NCBI RefSeq assembly: GCF_009914755.1
Contig: NC_060925.1
DNA: 64,000 nucleotides
Strand: one strand, 5' to 3'
From: the human T2T-CHM13v2.0 reference genome, Homo sapiens
Position numbers and translations under genes: made by a program. Under the pieces are notes generated by a model. That model made no database searches. It saw only the letters and a list, made by a program, of their open reading frames with translations, and had not been told where the DNA came from. Positions 12,930 to 24,611 of this stretch are shown piece by piece (positions within the stretch are counted from its first letter, which is position 1; the number at the start of each line of letters is the position of its first letter).

Positions 12930-15900
12930 ATTAATAACTGATATATATCTTTTTATTATGCACAGATAAAAGATTTAAAACTGTGGTTATCAAAACTATA
13001 CATCTAAGCATCTTCACAAAATAGCTGACACACTGAACAGAGAAAAGAATACAACAGGGGTGTTCAAACTGGCCACAGGGATTTTAAGGGTACTCGTTTT
13101 ACCCTCATAGATGATGAAAACCAGCAACAAAATCAGGCTCATTCAGGAAAAACCAGAAGAGAGAAGTATTGTATTTGGAAACTGATAATAGTCCTTTTTA
13201 GAAAAACATCTGTCAGTTTCATGAACAACCCCCAGATAAAACAAACATGAAAAAAATCACATAGGACTCACCCAACAAAATGTGCTCTGTTAACACAACC
13301 AGCAGTACAATCATCATTCAAACCATGAGGTAGTTACAGTACAAAAAGACTGGCACGCGTGTGAGCACCCCACACACACTCACAATCATGCCCACTAAGA
13401 ACACAAGCAGGAAATGGATTTACAATCTTATTACAAGGCAAAGAAAAAAACCATTTTTTTTGTTTAGAAAATGCTATAGAAACAGTTTAGACAGAAGAAA
13501 TCTCTGGCTTTTTAAAATACAGAGTAACAGCTGGTAAACACCACATGGTGAAAAGCTATAGCGTATTATACAGACAATCTGCCTTGGAGTTTGGGGCATT
13601 TTAACAACAGCTTCAGCATCAAACAAACAACAAAATGGCCTCTGCAAATTAAGGGTGTAGCCTGCAGAAATAACAAAAGACTGCAGATACAAGAGTTCAG
13701 CTGAAATACAACAATACTTTTAAAGAAACTTGTAGTACACGTTATAAAAGTAGAGCTTGTACTTTGTATTAAAACTGTAAAGTGTGAAGCAATTAGAAAT
13801 ACTGTAATGAGAAGCTAGGGAGAAAATACCTTATTTTTTTCATGTTCATTTTTTAGAAACATTTCAGAAATACTTAACGACATTCACTCTCCAATATGAG
13901 ATTAGGTTTTATCGACACAGATTTCTTGATCTGAATAATAATTCTGACAATGAGACCCAAACAAATAAAAGGTGATTTTTTTCCTCTCTCTCTCTTTTAA
14001 AAAGATCTTTTGGTTTGCATCTATAAATTTGTAAATTAATTTTAAATTATTTATAAAATCATTGGCAATGTAGCATCTCTCTTAAAAATATATATTTAAA
14101 TATATTACAGAAGGTTTTAACCCTGTCCTTCTAAGACATCAATCTTTTAATATCTCCTAATAGCTAATTTTCTTTTTAACACGATGGAAAAGATTTTTTA
14201 AAAAAGCAAAGGACTGATCGAAAGAATTCACAGTAGCTGAAATTAAACATTTCATATGGAGTAACTTAAATTTATCTAAAACACTTAAATATATCTTTAT
14301 ACACAAATTTTGTAGTAAAATATAGCTATAAGTGACTTAAAGACTCTAGTCTTCTTTGAAGACATCTTTAAACTTTTTTATACATAGAATATGCTGAAAC
14401 AATACATTCCACCGAAGGTTAGGCAAAGCGCAATATTTTCAAACACAGGTAGCGTAATCTAGGTCCTCCACTCTGATACCCTTCTGTTAAAAAAAAATTA
14501 AAGGAAAAAAATTCTCTAAACTCATGTCTTCTTCGTTTGTATATGGAAATCTAGAAATTTTTCAGTAGATCAATGTAGATAGCCTGGAAATCTCAGCCCT
14601 AAAGTAATGTTTTAGTTAAAATGTTCCTTATTGAAAAAAAAAAATGTTCCTTATTGAATGTGTATATCTATCAGGTAAGTCATATTATTACTCAACGATT
14701 TGGTAAAAATGATTGTCAATTTCCACATACTTGTTTCCCATGTAGACACTGCCCTAAGGTTTTAAGCTTCATCAGGATTACCTACTGAGGTTCCATTCAC
14801 AGACAACCAGGCATAACTTCCTTATTTTAAGGGCAGTGGGATTTGCTTATGAATATTTTGGGGGTAGAATCTATCTTGTTCTACTTATGGAATTCTAAGT
14901 TGTTTGGGGGAAATTCTGGAAAAAGAATAATTTGCAATGAAGCTATCTTCAGCAGTAAAATAATTTAGCATGATAATTCCCCCCTGGCATTCTTTTTTTT
15001 TTTTTTTTTTTTTAACAAGGAGGTATCACTGAGCTTATTTTAGCTGCAAAGTGGCATCATATTATTCCATTTAATGAAATTCACCTCAAGCCCTTTTTGA
15101 CATATTAAATATATGGGATATATTTAAGGCAAGAGAAGTAAGGCAATCCAAATGAGTGCCCTTTTCCAATCTCAGCACTGTCTTGGTGGAATTGGTGACA
15201 CTATTCAGATAACCAACTGGAGACCGACAGGATTTGCCATGCATTTGCATCTTGCTACAGTTTGGTTTTTATGAAAGGGCCTATTTTTTTTTAAGTTGAC
15301 ATATTTTGAGTGGAAACACTCACCCTACCAAATATACTTAAGTTGCAACTCTAAAAGCATAAGGACATTTTCAAATTTTCTCTTCTTCAACTGAGAAAAT
15401 GAATGTGCCAGGTGACATATTATATACTTGTACTTGCATACACATAGAAATATATCACTGTGCAAATTCGTCCTTGACTTTATAACTGAATTTCACCTCA
15501 AATTATACATTAATTTGCAGAACAAAATATTAGGAATGGGCACAAATCTGTGGTTCCTGATTTTGGTCATTTTCAATTTCTGTAGGCCTGTAAGAAATAC
15601 AAAATTTGCATTAAGACATTTTGCAGTGGTGTATGCAAGTATGGGAAGAAACAGGAAGCTGATAAGGTCATCAGCATTGGTTTTGGCCCAGGGCACAAGA
15701 AAGGAATGTTGCCTTAACACTTGTCAGGGTGCAGTCCCTGAGGGCAGCACCCATCAAGGGACACATCAGACCCCACAGGTTGTGGCAGCAAGGTCAGAAG
15801 TGTGCATCCAGACAAAGGTGCAAATTAGACAGGAGGATCGCTTAGAAAGCCTCAAAGCATTTCTTGTTTTACATCTTGGTTCAGATATAAAGAATCTTTG

Positions 15901-16326
15901 GCCGCATCTCCTCACTGGTTCTACTATCTGGCTATTAACCCTTTACCAACTCCTTGAGTCTGGGTAAAACTCAGGGCCCCAAATTATGGATGTTCTCACC
16001 TGGACAAAGCAGCATTTTAAAAACTGGCATGTGTTTCACATTGAAAACCCCCAAGCCTGTGAGGGGCTGGTGGAGAAGACCACCATTTTAGCTTTCTCAC
16101 ATGAATTCTAGTGTGGTACAGAAGCCCAGGGTCATGTTTATACTAGCCCTGGGTGTGGGGTGAATACAACGGGTGATCTTTATACTGAAATTCACTCTGT
16201 CTTTACAAGGGAACCAAAATCCAGCCCTCTGAGTCTGGACACGAGGCTCAGCCATTGGTCCTGCCCTTGGCAGTAGCTGAGCTGAGCTGGGCTGGGCTGG
16301 GTTGGGCCGGGTTGGGCTGGGTTGGG
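12930..16326 (-). other. TGFBR3: TGFBR3 3'UTR (~3.4 kb)
   Basis: Runs from the stop codon to the poly(A) signal; free of interspersed repeats, AU-rich, several miRNA seed matches. The cleavage position is estimated. Confidence 0.85.
12952..12957 (-). terminator. TGFBR3: TGFBR3 polyadenylation signal AATAAA
   Basis: tttatt on plus; GU-rich downstream element (minus TATGTGTCTTGTT) ~20-35 nt further on. Confidence 0.8.
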
Positions 16327-16330
16327 CTAG
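16276..16330. repeat. Pentanucleotide repeat (GCTGA/GCTGG/GTTGG) x11 overlapping the stop codon
   Basis: Direct reading; 8 GGG tracts on the plus strand. Confidence 0.92.
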
Positions 16331-16445
16331 GCCGTGCTGCTGCTGGAGCAAGGCGTGCTCTGCGTGCTGCCGATGCTGTGGGCAGCACTGCTGTTTTCCG
16401 AGGCTGGCGGGGAGGTGGGGACTTGCTGCCTTCCTGCTGTCTCCC
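16327..16445 (-). CDS. TGFBR3: TGFBR3 exon 17 coding part: Ser/Thr-rich cytoplasmic tail ending in the PDZ-binding motif STA
   Basis: cag|GG GAG ACA...: (G)ETAGRQQVPTSPPASENSSAAHSIGSTQSTPCSSSSTA*, TAG at 16327-16329. Confidence 0.97.
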
Positions 16446-17884
16446 CTGCAGTTAATAAAGAAAAGGCAGAGTCAGAGAAAGACGCATATTATGTATGTGC
16501 ATTCCTGAAAAGATCATTTATTCCGCATTTGCCATTTTAACTGATATTTTTCTCAACCAGGGCAGAAGCAACTAGACTAGGTCCTAGATGGCTGGAATAC
16601 CTTCTAAAATAAGGTTTTGCTATTTGTTGTTTTATTTTTAAAGCATCATGAATGGGAAAAAGAAGACAGCTGACTGACAGGCAGCTCTAGTGGCTAAGAC
16701 CCCTGAGAGTTGATGACAAAGTCCCTGGATTTCAGGGTCCACAACCTTTGATGAAATCACCACCACTTGGTCTGTGTGAGCTGGCAACTGACCAGCACCT
16801 GTATTCAGGAAACACTGTCCATCTTCTCTCATAAAGACACTGTAGGATTTGGAGGGTGTGACCTTTCAATTGTAGTTAAGAGAACCCTGGAAGTTTGGGA
16901 GCCTTGTTCTGAATGCACTTGTTAAAAACAGGAGTGAAATATAGACTTTGTCCTAGCTACAGTAGAGAGAGCCTTGTGTGCCAAACAGATAAATTACCTG
17001 AGAAACCGGGGTGGGGGATAGCTGCTATTGGAAAAACCTTTTGGGGAAGGGGTTTAGCTGTTTGCACATGGGGACTGCAGTTGCCAGCGAATGGCCTCTC
17101 TTCCCCACTGAGGTTCCCTGTGGGGTGCAGTGTGAGTATCTCCTAACACTTTAAGCATCCCACTTTTCATTACACACCCCACTGCATTTTAGCTAAAGCC
17201 ATTCATCGTGCCAAATGTGCAGTGCTTTGGAGAGGAAGGAAACCTCAAGTCACACACATGGTTTGCATTTAACAGTGCAAAAGGCCCTAGAGTTAGTCTT
17301 CTCTTCGGCAAAACCGGCCTCAGTGCAACCCTCAAAAAATGGCTCTAGGTAGGGAAAAGCGATCAGGGCTCTCCAATAAAAAACACTGCATTTACTTTGA
17401 AAAGTCAGAGCATAAACTTCATAAACTTCTTGTAAGCAGCATCCCCTCCTTCAATGTGGGAAACCCCAGAGGGCCAGGCCTGTTTATGAATGAGCCTCCT
17501 CTTTCCTGTCATGCTGAAATACACATCTATCAGCCGGAGATAAGCAACCCTTCCAGCTGCTTCATTAAAACAAAACACTCGAGGAAAGGCCCTGCCCTCC
17601 AGTGCAGGAACTTGGCCCCATTACTTCCATTCTCTTTCTGGGGCCCCTCAAAAGCCTCTGTGAAAAAAGCAGTTCTGCAAAATGTAGAACTGGCTCATGT
17701 CCCTGGGTCTGGTTACAGCTTTTCCTGTCACCCCTTTCATGAACCACACAGCTATACACACTTTTGCATCAACCTCAAAGTATTTATGTGCTTGTTGTAA
17801 GTTTGGCCCTTGTTGTACTTCCTCTAATTATCTTTTCTTCTGGGATTGGCGGGATGGATAGGGGACTGGGGTCAATATTCCTGA

Positions 17885-18209
<325 letters not shown>

Positions 18210-18624
18210 GAAACACTGCTTTTGACTTTTTTGGAAACCTATGTTTTGGACCCTCCCCAGCACTGCCCTCTACTCTTCATGTGTGTGTATAATTAAGGCT
18301 GGGGAAATTAGCCTCCATGGCAATAACTTTCTGCCAAAAATTCACTTTCCCCAGAGTAGGAGCTTTATTTCTAGAAGGGAATCAAATCTCTTAACTATTC
18401 TGAGGTCAAAACAAAAACAACCTCCAGAGACCCAAACAACTCTAGATATACTTTAAGAATTTGACTCCCTTACAAACCACATGTTGGTCCATACCCAGCT
18501 GGATCCTCACATAATCAATCAGAAGGACTAATGTGGCTATGCATGAACCACATTTTAAAAATATTTTTTCCTATTTTAATAAGGATACATCTGAAAAGCA
18601 GGAGGCCAACTCCATCTTTTTCTT

Positions 18625-18879
18625 TTTTGGCTCACCTGGGCTTTGTTTGCTCAGCCCAACAGCAGGTAAAAGAGAAGGCCTTGCTTCATCAAGCAATAGG
18701 GAGCAAGTGTGCTCCTCCAGGATCTGCCCTGTGCTTGATTATTCACATTCAGGAAAAGTGCCAGGACTATGCCCTGCCCAGGAAGCCTGAATATCTGCTT
18801 TCCGATGTCTATTTGCCAAATATAATTTGTTGCCATGTCAGTTTATTTTCATCCGTGCCCATTAAAGAGACCTTTCAAC
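18625..18879. repeat. Copy A of a local dispersed duplication (copy B at 23018-23315)
   Basis: Colinear similarity; 44-bp identical core at 18806-18849 and 23242-23285. Confidence 0.9.
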
Positions 18880-19768
18880 TTCCCGAGTTTTGGGAACTCT
18901 TGTTCTGGTAATGCAAAACACTTCAAAACAAAACCCCAAACAAAACAAAGAAGCCTCCGCACTCAAGACTGCAGGATGCATCTCACCAGCTGGATAAGTC
19001 AAGTTAACCTAATATTATATTGACTTTGATCCAATAATGGGCCAAGGTGAGTCTCTGTCTGAGAATCTGCTGGGAAATATTGAAAGTCCCCTCTTCAGAC
19101 CATCCTTTCCAGTTCTGTGGCTATTTTCACATGTAAGATGCAAGGTTTCTCAATATAACCATGTTTTAAAAATAACTCTTACCTTTTGACAGATTAAGTT
19201 TTTTCACTGTCAAATGGAAGTGATGCTACAGAAAAATTCACCATGAGGAAGAAAGTTGAATGTACAGATGCTTCTACTTAATGGGCCAACAGAGACCCCT
19301 GGGTTTTCTGAGATGGGTCTTTGGCTGTCTGCTCTCCACTGCAGTGGTCTCTGATTTCGTGGAGCACCAACTTTCTCTAAAACATCCCTTGGGTGACAAG
19401 TATAACAAGGCTGCTCCTAAAGGAGATGGGCAGGGAGGACCTCGTGGCTAAGCAGACTAGGCCCAATTAACACATCTAAGAAATTCAAGGAGGGCGCCTT
19501 GCTTGTAAATAAATATCAGACTTGGCCAGCAGAGGAAATGTACTCAGTCTTCCTGCTTTCCTCCTAAAATATCAAACCACATTGAGGGAACAGAGATTTG
19601 AGAGGAGGGAGAGTGAGTAGGGGAGAGAGGAATTTGGTGCCTGACATACTCTGGAGGAGGAGAGTACACTGAGGATAAGGACACTAAGGATTAATTCCAC
19701 CCATCTCACAGTTAGCCTATGGCTGGGCCTAGATACTGCCAGAGATGCCTCAAGAAATAGAAAAACAA

Positions 19769-19945
19769 AGCCAGGTGCAGTCACTTACAGTGCCAGCTTA
19801 GGAGGCTGAAGGGGGAGGATCTCCTGAGGCCAGGAGTTAGAGACTGCAGTGAGCTATGATCTCACCTGTGAAGAGCCTCTGCACTCCAACCTGGGCAACA
19901 GAGAGAGACCCTGTCTCTACCAGGGGGAAGAAGAAAAAAAGAAGC
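19769..19945 (+). mobile_element. FAM-like fossil Alu monomer
   Basis: Monomer retaining the 7SL-type segment cctgtgaa(t/g)agcc(a/t)ctgcactcc, which dimeric Alus lack. Confidence 0.7.
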
Positions 19946-20179
19946 AAAAACAAACAAACAAAAAACATTTCTTAATGGAGAATGTTTTATTTCTTTAGCA
20001 TGGCATGGAGTTGCCCAGATCTGACTTCCTGCTACCTCTTTGGCGTCTATATTACAACTGTATTCTTATTTCTAAGTCTTTCACCATGGCAGGTCCTGGG
20101 GAAGAAACTATTCAAGAAAGATGTGAATAGCATGGGAGGACTCTGTGGGGAAACAAGAGAAGAGTTAAAAAGAAAGGTG

Positions 20180-20450
20180 AGGGCAAGCTTGGTATTTAGG
20201 CCAAAGGAGACTATTGCAAATACTCTCCATGAGGATTATTACAAATAGGAGCAGACAGCTGTTCTTTATCTCCCTGGAGGGCAGAACATGAGGAAATGAG
20301 TTTAAATGGCAGGACTAGGGATTTAGATCAGATAGAAAAGAACTTGCTGATTATGAGGATTGGTTAGTTATAGAGGGAATTTATGGAATCTCCTTCTCAG
20401 GAGATATTTAAGCACAGGATTGAAAACCATATACCTGGGGACACTTTAGA
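20180..20450 (+). mobile_element. CR1/L3-like 3' fragment
   Basis: gatttagatcagatagaaaagaactt...ggaatctccttctcaggagatatttaagcacagg resembles the L3 3' end; approximate. Confidence 0.5.
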
Positions 20451-22249
20451 TTTAATATTCCTTGATGCTAGAAAGAAAATAAAGATATTTTCTTCTAGAT
20501 CTACGTGTTGGATGCGATTTTCTATCAATTAATGTCTCAGTTTCTTGATCTCCTAACTGTAATTAATTCACAAGCTCACTCTTTAAGCAGAGTGAACGAT
20601 ACTACCTTTAATTTAGAGAAGTCTTCAATCACTTTTTATCATTTTCAAATTTCATTCCTCCCCAGCCTCCACACAAAAGACTCTTCTTTTGCAGCAAAAT
20701 TCTCCAGGAGGGGTGAGTTAGATGTTGTTAGAAGTCACGGGGAAAAGACTATATCAAGAATTAAAGTTTTTCACAATGTCCTGCCTACTACTTTCTTTCT
20801 ATATTCCTGCAGTGTGGCCAACCTGTTTGTATATGGACTTTGGTTTTCTGTGGTATCTTCCCTGCCTTTGTGGCCCCTGAATAGGATGCAAAATCTGATA
20901 ATAACTAAGAAGAAGAAGAAAAGCAAGAGGGAAAGAGAAATCAGGTGGAGGAGGAAGGCTGTCCTCCACAGCTATCGCTACAACCCTGAGTCAGAAACTG
21001 GACTTGAAGCTCTGGTTTGTTCAATGGCTAGACTTGCTACCTTAGTAGGTATATTAGTTGTGTTTCCCTTTAGTCAACACAGAGATAATCACTACTTCAC
21101 AGGGTTATTAGGGTGAGCGTACTTAAAACAAGAAATGCGTAATAAAAGCTTTTTCAACTTTAAGGCTGCTCTGATGTGTAAGCAGAAAAAAAATCTAAGC
21201 GTGTAAGGAACACTGTTTCACAGAGCATAATAAAATGCTGAAGTTTTGAATTAGGTGTGCCCGTCCCAACTCATCAGGCAGTTTTCAACAACCCTCCATG
21301 GAACACACCATGTGTTCTTAAAGCAAAAGTCAAGCGCATACCCAAAAGTCCACCCAAGTCAGGTAAGAGGTTTTCATTAGAAGTAGCTCGGGAGGTGCCA
21401 ATGTGTTCAGAGGCCTGAGGTTTCTCCAGGTTCCCAAGTGTAGCCCGATGAAAAGAGAAACAGCAAGCAGACAGACTAAGGTGTGATAAGGTAGGAGGCA
21501 AGAGACCAAGTCCCAGGGATCAGACAGATGCAGCTGGAACAGACGGAAACCCCAATGTGACTGTAAAGAAGGCAGGCTCCACTCTCTTTTCACTCAAATG
21601 CCCATATCATTATTTTATAAAACCATTAAACACAGAGGTTAAGATGAATGCCTTCGGCTTTCCTGGTGTCTATTGGTGTGTCTTTTTCTCTCAAAAAACA
21701 AAGCACCTCCCGGAGCATCTGGCCATTCATACCCTTCCCCCTTCTTCTCACCCTCCCCTCAGTTTCCATAAAAGGTTAATAGAAAACTTAATTCTTCAGA
21801 TTAGAAACACTTCTTCTTTCTCCAGTGAGACTTCCCTTGTCAGTTCTCCATTTTTCTGACACAGTTCATCAGGTCATTGCTTTCCTAAAGGTTGGCATGT
21901 GTGCCTGTAGCTGGGTTTCTGCCTGAGCCAATCTGCTTATAATCAGTCTGTTTGGTTATTCTCTTCCTCTGAATATATGGGAACTCCACGACAGCAAGGA
22001 CTTTCTGTTGCTCATGGCTATTTTACCAGTGCCTAGAATAGCGTTGGCATTTAACAATAGCTTAAAAAATCCATTGAATAAGTTGAGTGAAAGAACGAAT
22101 ACATGAGTGAACAAACCAAAAAAATTTAGCTGACACTAAACAGAGGCAAAAAGAAAAACCGAAACACATGTTAATTAATGTTTATTATCTGATAAGCAGA
22201 AGGAGGATAAAAAGATTATGGCTACGTGACCTTTGAATTTGTAATAACA

Positions 22250-22400
22250 GAACAGGAAGAAAAGAGTGAACTCTGAATCAAGAAAGCAAGCCTTCAGTCC
22301 TGGCCGCTGTGCCTGGGTAACTTTGAGCTTGTCACATCAGTTCTCTGGGCTCAGTTTTCTCGCTACGTAAAAAGGAAATGCTGATGCAGACTAGTAATTT
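22250..22400 (+). mobile_element. MIR-like fragment
   Basis: ctctgaatcaag...cagtcctggcc...ctctgggctcagttttctc core. Confidence 0.6.
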
Positions 22401-22428
22401 TCCAAGGACTCCCTTTAAGAAACTGATT

Positions 22429-22459
<31 letters not shown>

Positions 22460-23017
22460 TACGACTTTGCATAGAGATAGTGCATTTAAAGGCATTGACT
22501 TGCATTCCTTTCCCAAATCTTACCAGAATGACAGTAAATGGACTTTTAAAGGCATAAACACATGAAAACAAAGATAACAAAAGTAAAGATAACAGCAATA
22601 AAATATATTGGAAGCTGGTGAGGAAATGGGTGAGTAGCAACTGACTTGGCAGACTCAAGAGAGCCGAAACCTAAGCCAACAGTGGGAAAAACTGAGAAAC
22701 AAGCAATTTATGTCGCCGAACCCTTAAAAAACTCAGGGAATGGTGGCATCAGGCACCTCTGGAAACCTCCCTTGAACATATGGCTATAAGCAAGAGGGGT
22801 TGGCTGAACTATATGAGAAGCAGAATAGTTCTCTACATTTCCTCCCTCGCTCCACTGGGCTGAGATCTGCCCTTCCTAATCCAGGAAGAAGACGGGAATT
22901 TTACTCTCTTAAGAGGAGGAAACTGAAGGTTCCAGAAATGATCAACACCAGGCACATTTGAGGGCAAGAGTACCACATTCAAAAGGGGGGGATTCGGCAA
23001 ACATATATTAATACGTA

Positions 23018-23315
23018 TTTTGGCTCACCTGGGCTTCTTTTGCTCAGCCTAAAAGGAGATAAAGCCAGATGGCCTTGCCTCATCTAGCAACAGTGAAACT
23101 CTGAATCAAGAAAGTAGGGTTCCAGTCCTACTTTGTAACAAATTTGTCTCCTGCAGAATTTGCCATGCGCTTCACTATTTGCATTCGGGAAAAGCGCCAG
23201 GATTATACCCTGGCCGGGAAGTCTGGATATTTGCTTTCCGGTGTCTATTTGCCAAATATAATTTGTTGCCATGTCAGTTTATTTTTATCAGTGCCCATTA
23301 TAATGGTCTTTCAAC
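23018..23315. repeat. Copy B of the local duplication, with a ~40-bp insert resembling 22265-22301
   Basis: Alignment by eye with 18625-18879; 18-nt identity aactctgaatcaagaaag with the MIR-like segment. Confidence 0.88.
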
Positions 23316-24484
23316 AGCCAGTCCTATACCTTTCAAGCAGGAGGCAAAAAAACATATTTTATGGAAGCCTGAAGAGCTAAAGAGGAAAGATCCAATGATG
23401 AGGTATCAGGGATTCATCAATAAAATGGCCCAGTCAGATCATCTTAAAGAAGTTCACAATCAATACATCCCACCCACAGCTTAGAATTTCCTCATTCTTT
23501 TTTTTTCCTCATTCTTAAATAATCCTATATTAATATTCTCAGATGATACTGCACCCATGAAACAAGAATAGAACTTTTTTTAAAAGAAAAGAAATTCACA
23601 GGAAAAAAGTTATTAGAATTAAAAAAGTTATTGGAATTAAAAAATTTGAAGCCAGTATTAAAAACTCAGTAAAAAACTGAAAGATAAAGATGAGACAATC
23701 TCCCAGAAAATAAAGAAAGCAGACACATGGAAAACAGGAAAGAAAGGAAAATTAAAGGACAAGAGGTTCAACTTTCAAATAAAATGATTTCTAAAATGAG
23801 AGAAAACAGAAAAAAGGGGGTGAGAAAAAAATAAATCATTCTTAAAAATCTCAGTACTGAAAGATATGAGTTTCTAAACTGAAAGGGCCCAATTAGTGAC
23901 CAGCATAATGTATAAACATACACCTAACTCAAGAGATATCATTGTAAAATTTCTTCCAGAAAGAAAAAACAGGTTATATACAAAAGGGATCAGGAATCTG
24001 CACAGCTCTGAACTTCTCAACAGCAATCCTCAGAGCTAGAAGACAATGAGGAGGGCTTTCAAAAGTCCGAAGGAAAAAGTGTCTATAATCTAACATTCTG
24101 TACCTTGCCAAACTGTCTACCAGGTGTTTCTGTTAAATGAGGATATTTTCAGACATGCAAGGTGTGAAAAACATTTGCGTCCTCTGTACGCTTTAAACCA
24201 GGAAGAAGAAAGGCAGGAGATACATGACACAGGACATCCACAACTCAAAAGAGAAGTGAAGGGAATGCACAGAATGGTAGCGAAGAAGATCATAGGAAGA
24301 CAGCAGTGTCCAGAAATGGAGGGAACCGGTTCAGACAGGAGCAGGTCAGAGGCTCCAGGAAAGAGCTGAAGAAAAGGAATCAGTAGAACATTCCATATGT
24401 CTCAATGTATTAAAAGGAGATTGAGACAGCTGGCAGGGTCAGCAGAAGAATTAATGATAAATACATAGAAAATTAAGCTGATGA

Positions 24485-24611
24485 CTGAGGAAGGAGAATG
24501 GCAGGAACCTGAGAGGCGGAGCTTGCAGTGAGCCAAGATTGCGCCATTGCACTCCAGCCCGGGTGACAGAGCGAGACTCCGTCTCAAAACAAAAAAAAGA
24601 AAAAAAAGAAA
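24485..24611 (+). mobile_element. 5'-truncated Alu (Y-like right arm)
   Basis: ggagaatggc...gcggagcttgcagtgagcc; TSD agaaaattaagct. Confidence 0.9.

Noticed and set aside
15428-15967. 179-aa plus-strand ORF
   Set aside because: Antisense to the TGFBR3 3'UTR, non-ATG start, no recognisable domain.
19769-19945. 7SL RNA gene
   Set aside because: Lacks the S domain, is diverged and has an A-rich tail: a FAM-like monomer.
20505-21116. 203-aa plus-strand ORF
   Set aside because: No homology recognised, non-ATG start, ends in MIR-like sequence.
18651-23272. Paralogous small ORFs starting MATNYIWQID
   Set aside because: By-product of the DNA duplication; similarity collapses after the indel and there is no splice or promoter support.
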